A stretch of 35,872 bases of DNA, from the IMG/VR virus record IMGVR_UViG_3300050138_000093, positions 1 to 35,872 of that record. One strand, given 5' to 3'. How positions within the stretch are numbered: the stretch's first letter is position 1; each line of letters opens with the position of its first letter. A model generated the notes under the pieces. It had not been told where the DNA came from, made no database searches, and saw nothing but the letters and a program-made list of their open reading frames with translations. The translations under genes and the position numbers were made by a program. This document shows, piece by piece, positions 7,098 to 14,207 of this stretch. The DNA comes from a virus.

Positions 7098-9494
7098 TTA
7101 AACAACCTTATGCGTTAAAATCTTAACCATGTTGTCTGCGTGCGATATTGCAGCATCGCTTTCAGTCCTTTGTGTCTCGGCCATATAGCGCATTTTGGCC
7201 TCCTCAACATTGCCCGCTAACTCCATCTGAGCAATCTCAAGTTTCATTTGTTCAATCTCAATTTCAGATTGCGTTTGTTTTTCTTTCAGCATGAGTTCTT
7301 GTTTTTTAAGCATGATTTCTTGCTGTTTGAATTGCGCCTCTATCTGCATTTGTTGTTGTTGCATAGCCATCTGAGCTTGAGCCGCTTGTTCCTCAGGAGA
7401 TGGAGGCTGGTCTTTAGGCATCTCGCCAGTCTTGCCCGCCTCGACAATGGCCGGGGATACACGCGTCTTAAGTCTATTTTTAATTTCAATAGTATTAGCA
7501 AGAGGCAAGTTTTCAGCGTAGAGGTCGGCAATAAGATTAAACGCGGTGGGATCGGCTTGCAGCACTTCTCGTAATGACTGTAATGCCTGTTCTTTTTGCC
7601 CTTCAAAGGATGGCCCCGGCTTAAGCCTAACCTGATATGTTCCCTTGCGGATGTCATTTTCAATCTGCTCCCCATACTCATCATTTTGTTTATTGATGGT
7701 GATATTTTTCATACCCTCATCAGGCATCATGAGGGTTAACACACGCTCGGTGTCATAAACGCGCGGAATCATCTCGTTAACAATCTCGCCCCCCGTAGCT
7801 ATGGCTCGGTTAATGGAGTTAAAAAATACGAACGTGGAATAACTACCTTGGCGCGTGCGGGCGTCAATGGCCTTGCCGCTTGCCTCATCTCCATTATTCC
7901 CCATGCGAGCAGGATACAAACCAGTCGAGGTATATAAGTCCTCAATAGCGAGTTGGTATTGTTGAAACAAGGACATTGAAAGCTCTGGCGGTCTGATTTG
8001 CTCAGGCTTGTTTCCTGCGGGTGATTCATCATAAGTTAACATCCCCTGTATTGCGGTTGGATCGCGCCAGTTACGTTGAGTATCCATACTGGCCACATTC
8101 TTTTTGCTGCCTATCCACTGGTCGTAACGGCTAACCTTAAGAATATAAGCAGACTGCGTGCGTAAATAGTTGATATAACGCTGCGTATCTCGGCAATCGC
8201 CAAAGAAAGATCGCGTGATTTGCTTGCCCGTTTTATCGTAATAACTATTGTTATCGACAAACACCAACGGCAATTGCTCAGAGGGAAACTCGGTCTTGTC
8301 CAGCTCATAATTTCCGGCTAGACGATAATGTATGATTTTATGTTTCTTACTAGGGCGCTTATCCTCAATGCGTACAATCTCACCCTCCTGCCATAAGGTC
8401 ATCGTCTCAAACGTATCCTTTTCAGTCTCAACCGCTAACGCCTCATCCTTGCTGCCACGTTTAAACCTATCCACATCCATGCCGTTTTCCTGCGGCAATA
8501 TGTCATGCTCACCTGTTACCCCGAAGCCGTCCGCTGGCTGGCTAGCCATACCTGGCATAATTTCGGCATGAACGTCGTTCATTCCGGGAATGGAATCGTT
8601 CATTCCAAGATTTTCGTTCATTCCATTCTGTGGTTGTCCACCCATCAATTGCTGTTCTAAGTCCATCATGGAGTTGCGATTGTTAATCTCCCTCGAGTCC
8701 TCAATCAGATCGTCTATTTCCTCTTGATTAAGAACATTACCATTTGATAGTTTATAGAGCATATCTTTTTCATACTTGCGCACGAAGTGGTCAATAATGG
8801 TGATTGATTCATCATCAGACCATGTAAACGGATCGTCTGCCTCATCCGGCTGTACTGCCAGCGCTATCTCTTCGGTGGTCGCGGTAATGCTGGTGGTTTT
8901 AAGGATGTTTTGTTCCACGTCTTTGCCGTATACGTCCCTAAACTTTTTTCGTGTCATACGGGATATAAAGCCGCATAACGTACCGTCTGTTTTTCCGGGA
9001 GTTTCAGCACCTATATCCCAATAGCATCGCGTGGCGTCCTTGAAATATCCGTATTGAATATCGAGGTCAAATGATTTGGCATGGCTGTAATCGGTGCGCA
9101 CACAAAAGGCTCCATAGCCACCGATTGCGGCTTGTTTGGCGGCTATTTGATAGGCCATGGTGGCGTCGGTTGAAAACATAATGTCTTTGGTCATGATTTC
9201 GCGGAGATGGGCGACCTTTTGATCGCACCCGCTCATCGGCACCACTTGCAGTTGCGGTGTATTTTGTTGTTGTTCGCCTAGCAATGAGTTTGACATTGTG
9301 CCAAGCTTGTTTGATGTAAGAGGAACCTTGCGGTACGTCTTAATCATGTCGTCCTCTTCCTCATCCGTCCATTGCTGGCCTAGAACGAAGGTGTGCATTA
9401 AGTGATAGAGGTCGATATTAGGTTTAAAGTATTCGCGGAATTTTTCGCATGCAATGCGGGCTTCACGAGCTATTTTCTCATTCTGTTTGGCCAT
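7098..9494 (-). CDS. Portal protein with a long C-terminal coiled-coil (P22-like barrel)
   Basis: 798 aa, immediately downstream of the large terminase. The N-terminal pattern LGQQWTDEEEDDM...LTSNKL is typical of portals. The C-terminal ~110 aa are heptad-like and Q/E/K/M-rich. Confidence 0.85.
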   Translation of the reverse strand: MAKQNEKIAREARIACEKFREYFKPNIDLYHLMHTFVLGQQWTDEEEDDMIKTYRKVPLTSNKLGTMSNSLLGEQQQNTPQLQVVPMSGCDQKVAHLREIMTKDIMFSTDATMAYQIAAKQAAIGGYGAFCVRTDYSHAKSFDLDIQYGYFKDATRCYWDIGAETPGKTDGTLCGFISRMTRKKFRDVYGKDVEQNILKTTSITATTEEIALAVQPDEADDPFTWSDDESITIIDHFVRKYEKDMLYKLSNGNVLNQEEIDDLIEDSREINNRNSMMDLEQQLMGGQPQNGMNENLGMNDSIPGMNDVHAEIMPGMASQPADGFGVTGEHDILPQENGMDVDRFKRGSKDEALAVETEKDTFETMTLWQEGEIVRIEDKRPSKKHKIIHYRLAGNYELDKTEFPSEQLPLVFVDNNSYYDKTGKQITRSFFGDCRDTQRYINYLRTQSAYILKVSRYDQWIGSKKNVASMDTQRNWRDPTAIQGMLTYDESPAGNKPEQIRPPELSMSLFQQYQLAIEDLYTSTGLYPARMGNNGDEASGKAIDARTRQGSYSTFVFFNSINRAIATGGEIVNEMIPRVYDTERVLTLMMPDEGMKNITINKQNDEYGEQIENDIRKGTYQVRLKPGPSFEGQKEQALQSLREVLQADPTAFNLIADLYAENLPLANTIEIKNRLKTRVSPAIVEAGKTGEMPKDQPPSPEEQAAQAQMAMQQQQMQIEAQFKQQEIMLKKQELMLKEKQTQSEIEIEQMKLEIAQMELAGNVEEAKMRYMAETQRTESDAAISHADNMVKILTHKVV

Positions 9495-9538
9495 GTCAGT
9501 CCCTTGTTATTTATGTATAAGCAATCCGTACTTACAAC

Positions 9539-11062
9539 TTAAATCAGCATACCTGCAGTATGCTCTGGAATGCGGTTTACCTGATAACCGCCATCCGCTA
9601 CATATTCTCCACCGTAAAAAGTTAACATAAACGCATCACCACAATCGGGTGATAACAATCCTCGTTTTTTAGCGTCGTCTTTACTTTCAATCTGTAACTT
9701 ATCGCTTGAGTCGTATTTATAACCAAGCCCACATAAATCCGTTTGTAACTCATCGCTATCGGGTAACTCGACAGGCATATCTTGTATTAACCACGCACGC
9801 CCCCTATCCCAAAGCTCGGCGCGACAGTTTTTATAAATATCAGGCTCCTCGGCCCTTATAGCTACGTTAACGCCAATAACTATATCAGTGTAGCCTAACT
9901 CGTGAAGCCTATCGACTACTCCGGCCCCTATCCCTATACAGTCAATACAGACGCGTTTGGGGTGTTCTTTTTCAATAATGCGCTTAACAATTCCCGCCAA
10001 CTCCATCGTATCAATATTATAATGGGTTTCAAGTCCATAAGCGCAACGGCCTCTGCGTCTTATGATTCCTGTACGGTCATCGCCTTTGCGAGCCGGATCT
10101 ATGCCTATCACTAAATGCGAGCTGCTTTCAACCTTGGTATTACGCGCCTTAATGACATGATCGGCATGAATAAACGTATCAGTTATTGATGATAAAAACG
10201 CCTCGTCATCGGTAAACGGATACTCCTGCCTAAACTTTCTACATTTTTGCTCATAATCACCTTTAAAGTCTTGCAGCTTAATACGCCGCCAGTTCAGGTG
10301 TCCGGGTTTTAAACCGTTAGGGCCAAACTTATCAAGCCACTCGCGCTCCTCATCATGCGGGATAAAGGTCGGATCCTCAATACAATATTCATCCTGCCAA
10401 TACCACGGCACAAAGATTGCCTGATAACGGCTTTGTCCGTTTTTAGCAGCCTGCCAGTCGGCATAAAAATCATTGGATTGTCCGTTAGCCGTGGATTCCT
10501 TAATGATTTCTGTATCATCCATCTCGGCGACCGTTTGTAATAAGCCTAGGCTGATGCGAGCCGCGTCCTTATAAAATGCATACTCTGATAAATGTAAATA
10601 CTGATTGGTCATTGAGCGACCAATTTCAGCGCTGCCAGCCGTACCTACCCTGTAACCGGAGCCAAGCCCCTCATACATTAGGGTGTTATCATTCTTTTTA
10701 TCAGGTTGTGCGAATAAGTCTTTGTCTAGGTTTTCGCTATAGCGCTTGGTCATCTCAAAGATGGCGCGTGTAGCATCAGCGAGGTGGGTTAGAATGAACG
10801 CCTTTTTACCGCGCTTGGTGACAATCTTATGAAAGAATCTGGCCTGTACATAGGTTGATACGCCCTGCTGGCGACCTTTAAGGATAAGCGCTCTTATCTT
10901 TCCTGTGGTTTTGTATTGGGCCTCTAGCCTGTCATGAACGTATTGTTGCGCCCTGTTTAGCTCAAACTTACGTTCAGCACCCGACTTGTCGTGGATGATT
11001 AAGAAGTTTTTAGCAAAGAGCGGCAATGACTTTAATATTCTGATTAACTTTTCTTCCGACAT
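9539..11062 (-). CDS. terL: Terminase large subunit
   Basis: 507 aa with a Walker-A-like KGRQQGVST near the N-terminus and an acidic nuclease-type C-terminal half. Position is between the small terminase and the portal. Confidence 0.85.
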   Translation of the reverse strand: MSEEKLIRILKSLPLFAKNFLIIHDKSGAERKFELNRAQQYVHDRLEAQYKTTGKIRALILKGRQQGVSTYVQARFFHKIVTKRGKKAFILTHLADATRAIFEMTKRYSENLDKDLFAQPDKKNDNTLMYEGLGSGYRVGTAGSAEIGRSMTNQYLHLSEYAFYKDAARISLGLLQTVAEMDDTEIIKESTANGQSNDFYADWQAAKNGQSRYQAIFVPWYWQDEYCIEDPTFIPHDEEREWLDKFGPNGLKPGHLNWRRIKLQDFKGDYEQKCRKFRQEYPFTDDEAFLSSITDTFIHADHVIKARNTKVESSSHLVIGIDPARKGDDRTGIIRRRGRCAYGLETHYNIDTMELAGIVKRIIEKEHPKRVCIDCIGIGAGVVDRLHELGYTDIVIGVNVAIRAEEPDIYKNCRAELWDRGRAWLIQDMPVELPDSDELQTDLCGLGYKYDSSDKLQIESKDDAKKRGLLSPDCGDAFMLTFYGGEYVADGGYQVNRIPEHTAGMLI

Positions 11063-11077
11063 GCAACTTAAATCCTT

Positions 11078-11425
11078 TTACTCCACCAGCTTATCAATAA
11101 GCATTTCGACCAATTTCTTATTGGTCACGCCCTCTTCGTCCTTCTCGCGCCATTTAGCCCGCGTTTTTAACCAGAAAATCATTGCTGATAGGTCATCGCC
11201 CTCTGCAGCCTTACGAAATAGTTTAGCCGCGACCTTGGCGTTGGCACGTACCACGCTGTTATCAAGCTCATCTCGATAATAACGGGTAAGCGTATCCACG
11301 GATATGCCAAGGTGATCGGCTATCTGTTCTTGAGTATTGCCAAAGCTTGTGAGCGCACCCACCTCGGCACGAGTCTTGTCGCTAGGCTCATGCGCTTTGG
11401 TGTTTTTCTTTTTAGTCGCTGCCAT
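11078..11425 (-). CDS. terS: Terminase small subunit / HTH DNA-binding protein, putative
   Basis: 115 aa with an HTH (TQEQIADHLGISVDTLTRYY) and the motif AMIFWLKTRAKWREK, which is common in small terminases. Directly upstream of terL. Confidence 0.6.
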   Translation of the reverse strand: MAATKKKNTKAHEPSDKTRAEVGALTSFGNTQEQIADHLGISVDTLTRYYRDELDNSVVRANAKVAAKLFRKAAEGDDLSAMIFWLKTRAKWREKDEEGVTNKKLVEMLIDKLVE

Positions 11426-12638
11426 CCTTGGCCTCTCTTACGGCCTGTTTGCCGCTGTAATTCTCATAGCGTTGTATTATTATATCGCAATATTTTGGAT
11501 CTAACTCCATCATAAGCGCACGACGCTTCGTCTTCTCACACGCTACCATCAAAGTGCCTGAACCTGCAAACGGATCGTAAACATACTCCCCCGGGTTCGT
11601 ATGATGGTTAATTGAACGTGCAAACAATTCTACGGGTTTTTGAGTAGGGTGCTCTGTCTTATCATCTTTTGATGATGATCCGCTTCGGTTGGGGGCGTCG
11701 CAATCCCAGACCGTTGTTTGTTTGCGATCGCCTTTCCAGTTTGACTTAGCGCCTTTCTTAACGGCGTACCAGCAAGGTTCATGCTGCCAATGGTAATTTG
11801 ACCGTCCAAGAACAAACGCTGATTTACGCCATATAATTTGTTGTTTGCACTCAAAGCCTGCATCCCTTAGGTTAGCCATAACCACATCAGTAAACGCGCT
11901 AGCGTGCCACACATAGGCTATAGCTCCGGGGAATAATACATAAGTATCGTACCAGTCCGCCCTATCATCATTTTTAACCACGTTCTTATTGTTTTTGCTA
12001 CCGTCAGGTTTGGCGGTATCACGCCATGACATATCGAGCTTAACGCCGTAAGGGGGATCGGTCACCATGGTGTTAGGGTGCTGTCCATCAAGCAAACGCT
12101 CAACATCAGTCGCAAGAGTACTGTCACCACATAACAACCTATGGTCGCCAAGAATCCAAACATCGCCCAGCGTAGAGCGGGTTTGCGCAGCGTCCGGCAA
12201 ATCATCCTCACCACAAAATACCTCCGGCAGTTCATCAGGAAATATCTCGCATAATTCTTCAAGGTCAAACCCCGTTAATGTAAGGTCATAATCAAACTGC
12301 TTAAGATAGTCAAACTGGCTTAATAAAATGTCCCTATCCCAACCAGCATCCAGTGCTATTTTGTTATCGGCAATAACCAACGCGGCTTTTTGCGCATCAG
12401 TTAAGCCCTCAAGGACAATACAGGGTAACTCATCAAGCCCGGCTGATAAGGCGGCAGCAAGCCTGCCGTGTCCGGCTATGATGACGTTATGTTCATCAAT
12501 TAAAAGGGGATTGGTAAAACCAAACTCGAGAATGGAACGAACAATCTTTGCAATTTGTTCGTCTGAATGAGTGCGGGAGTTCGCCTCATATTTGCTCAAA
12601 TCCCGCACAGAAACGCTTTTATAGTTCCGCAAGACCAT
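11412..12638 (-). CDS. ParB-like nuclease domain fused to a beta-class N6A/N4C DNA methyltransferase
   Basis: N-terminal ParBc pattern (NSRTHSDEQIAKIVRSILEFGFTNPLLID...IIAGHGRL). HRLLCGDS follows, then motif IV TDPPYG before motif I DPFAGSGT. This is the circularly permuted beta order. Confidence 0.85.
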   Translation of the reverse strand: MVLRNYKSVSVRDLSKYEANSRTHSDEQIAKIVRSILEFGFTNPLLIDEHNVIIAGHGRLAAALSAGLDELPCIVLEGLTDAQKAALVIADNKIALDAGWDRDILLSQFDYLKQFDYDLTLTGFDLEELCEIFPDELPEVFCGEDDLPDAAQTRSTLGDVWILGDHRLLCGDSTLATDVERLLDGQHPNTMVTDPPYGVKLDMSWRDTAKPDGSKNNKNVVKNDDRADWYDTYVLFPGAIAYVWHASAFTDVVMANLRDAGFECKQQIIWRKSAFVLGRSNYHWQHEPCWYAVKKGAKSNWKGDRKQTTVWDCDAPNRSGSSSKDDKTEHPTQKPVELFARSINHHTNPGEYVYDPFAGSGTLMVACEKTKRRALMMELDPKYCDIIIQRYENYSGKQAVREAKDGSD

Positions 12639-12640
12639 GT

Positions 12641-12826
12641 TTATGGGCCTGCTTGTTCGTTTCGTTTTTCCCCGCGTAGCTCGCCACCAGCTTCACCCGG
12701 CTCGCAATACTTAGGTTGCATCTTGTTTTGTTGCTCAACACGACGACCGTACTCTGATGGCACGCCATCGTAATGAGTATTGCCCTCAGCACCGTCCGCA
12801 GACGTATAGTCTTTAACTTCGCTCAT
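12641..12826 (-). CDS. Hypothetical protein (61 aa), first gene of the late block
   Basis: AGGAG RBS upstream of the ATG at 12826. The stop abuts the methyltransferase start. Confidence 0.5.
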   Translation of the reverse strand: MSEVKDYTSADGAEGNTHYDGVPSEYGRRVEQQNKMQPKYCEPGEAGGELRGEKRNEQAGP

Positions 12827-12848
12827 TTCATCACTCCTGTGAATTACA

Positions 12849-12866
12849 TTATTAATCGATTAATAA
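12849..12866. promoter_or_regulatory. Perfect 18-bp palindrome TTATTAATCGATTAATAA (operator-like)
   Basis: Read directly. It lies 23 bp upstream of the first late-block start codon. Confidence 0.5.
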
Positions 12867-12867
12867 C

Positions 12868-12953
12868 CGTGTCTCTAAAGCGAAAAGGTTGGAGTCGAAC
12901 CAACGTGAACTAAACGCCTAACCGCTAGGATACATTCCAAATCAAAGACACAC
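12868..12953 (-). ncRNA. Structured tRNA-like element (T-arm mimic) in the late-operon leader. It is not a canonical tRNA.
   Basis: The minus strand has a perfect T-arm GTTGG-TTCGACT-CCAAC (12888-12904). A second small hairpin is CCTA-GCGGT-TAGG. A ~10-bp closing stem pairs 12868-12879 with 12942-12953. I could not fold an acceptor, D or anticodon arm. Confidence 0.3.
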
Positions 12954-12976
12954 GCTAAATGTAGCACAAACAATAT

Positions 12977-12999
12977 TTATCCACAAAATCTATGGATAA
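12977..12999. promoter_or_regulatory. Pair of inverted DnaA-box-like sites
   Basis: TTATCCACA at 12977-12985 is a perfect consensus. TATGGATAA at 12991-12999 is TTATCCATA on the other strand. Together they form TTATCCA-N9-TGGATAA. Confidence 0.5.
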
Positions 13000-13098
13000 C
13001 CCTGTGAGTTAGCGATCGACAACCTATAGCCCATCTATCGACAAGGTCGAATCAATCAACATACCCAATTTGTCATTTTTTCTGTCATTTTATTACAG

Positions 13099-13133
13099 CA
13101 ACACTTGACGTATACGTCAACACTTGACATACT
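13099..13133 (+). promoter_or_regulatory. Candidate promoter with a palindromic operator for the 13160-13706 mini-operon
   Basis: TTGACG (13105-13110), 17 nt, CATACT (13128-13133). A perfect 16-bp palindrome TTGACGTATACGTCAA lies at 13105-13120. An 11-bp direct repeat CAACACTTGAC lies at 13099 and 13118. Confidence 0.5.
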
Positions 13134-13159
13134 GTTAATGGTCAACAACAACGAGGTTA

Positions 13160-13390
13160 ATGATGGAAAAATACAGCTGTTATGAGTTTGAAATAAGGTG
13201 TCATGATGTACCTGGATGGGGTGAGTTTGTTAATCAGTGGGTAAAGGGGTATTTTTATATAATATTCGATCCTGCGTGTAAGGATAGAATGATAGTAGAG
13301 GCTAACGAGTACTTTGATAGCGAACAACAGGCTAGGTTAGCCGCTATAGGGCATATAACCTTGTTAGAGAATGGAGGCGAGACATGTTGA
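13160..13390 (+). CDS. Hypothetical protein (76 aa)
   Basis: GAGG RBS upstream. First gene of a tightly overlapping 3-gene unit. Confidence 0.55.
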   Translation: MMEKYSCYEFEIRCHDVPGWGEFVNQWVKGYFYIIFDPACKDRMIVEANEYFDSEQQARLAAIGHITLLENGGETC

Positions 13391-13512
13391 AAAGGATTAA
13401 GTGTTTATTGAAGGGCCATCAATATTTGATGAATTACCATCCCCAGTATCGTTGCTATCATCAATCGAATAATGATATATGCAAGTGCTGTAAAAAGAGG
13501 AGGTACTCATGA
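13384..13512 (+). CDS. Small Cys/His-rich protein (42 aa), not in the ORF track
   Basis: Hand translation: MLKRIKCLLKGHQYLMNYHPQYRCYHQSNNDICKCCKKRRYS. GGAGG lies 6 nt upstream. It overlaps the previous stop by 7 nt and the next start by ATGA. Confidence 0.5.
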   Translation: MLKRIKCLLKGHQYLMNYHPQYRCYHQSNNDICKCCKKRRYS

Positions 13513-13706
13513 GTGAAGAGCATATGTTGTCATGCGTTTCGTTTTTGTTAGGCAAAACGCATGGTGGGATTATGAATATTTTAATCAGTGGTCAAACGCA
13601 CAGTGAAAAAATAGACGATCTCAAAGATTTAGCTAAGGAATTAAGACAAGAGATAGAGCGGCTTTATTATCCAGAGCTTACTCGTGTCCAAGAACCAGTT
13701 TTGTAG
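13509..13706 (+). CDS. Hypothetical protein (65 aa)
   Basis: Strong GAGGAGG RBS. The 3' end overlaps the convergent csp gene by 29 nt. Confidence 0.55.
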   Translation: MSEEHMLSCVSFLLGKTHGGIMNILISGQTHSEKIDDLKDLAKELRQEIERLYYPELTRVQEPVL

Positions 13707-13893
13707 CTACAGGCCCCTTGGGTGATTGAGAAGGCTCAAACCGTACTTTGTCACCCTCTTTCAAGCTCTTAAAACCGTCGCTTTGAATTTCTTTGAAGTG
13801 AATAAAATAATCTTTACCGTTTGCTGCTACGAATCCGAATCCTTTTTGGTCACTAAACCACTTAACAACTCCATTTTGCATTTTGTCATCCAT
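13678..13893 (-). CDS. Cold-shock-domain protein (CspA family)
   Basis: GVVKWFSDQKGFGFV (RNP1-like) and DYFIHF (RNP2-like), with typical ~70-aa length. Confidence 0.9.
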   Translation of the reverse strand: MDDKMQNGVVKWFSDQKGFGFVAANGKDYFIHFKEIQSDGFKSLKEGDKVRFEPSQSPKGPVATKLVLGHE

Positions 13894-13946
13894 CTCTAGT
13901 TAATAAAAATCAATTTCTACCGGTTAAATCATCAATTGTGGCGATC

Positions 13947-14207
13947 TTATCCTCGACCCCTATACCTTTGCATCGGTAACTCAGGAGCGGGCTTATATCG
14001 CGCGTCTGAGCCGTTAGCATAATCAGGCATGCCATTATCCATCCAAACCTTGACATGACACTCGAGCGCCTCATCAGGAATCAATCCGTTTAACATATCG
14101 CGTTTATCCTCTTTGCTCAAGAGGCGTGTTGATATTAACTTAGGACTAACGCCCAGTTTAATTCCCAGTTGAAACAGCTTTTTCTGGCATTGCTCCTTGG
14201 TCAACAT
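13947..14207 (-). CDS. Hypothetical protein (86 aa)
   Basis: ORF overlapping the initiator 3' end by 50 nt in another frame. No motif recognised. Confidence 0.45.
   Translation of the reverse strand: MLTKEQCQKKLFQLGIKLGVSPKLISTRLLSKEDKRDMLNGLIPDEALECHVKVWMDNGMPDYANGSDARYKPAPELPMQRYRGRG

Noticed and set aside
12868-12953. A canonical tRNA gene on the minus strand
   Set aside because: Only the T-arm is convincing. The 7 nt after the T-stem (CTTTTCG) lack a correctly spaced acceptor partner. The best partner (TGGAATG) would give a ~60-nt molecule with no D-arm. No 5-bp/7-nt anticodon arm can be drawn. Kept as a tRNA-like element instead.
12868-12953. An attP site for integration into a tRNA or tmRNA gene
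   Set aside because: No integrase, recombinase or excisionase-like ORF is recognisable anywhere in the closed genome, so a functional att site is unsupported. A relic remains possible.
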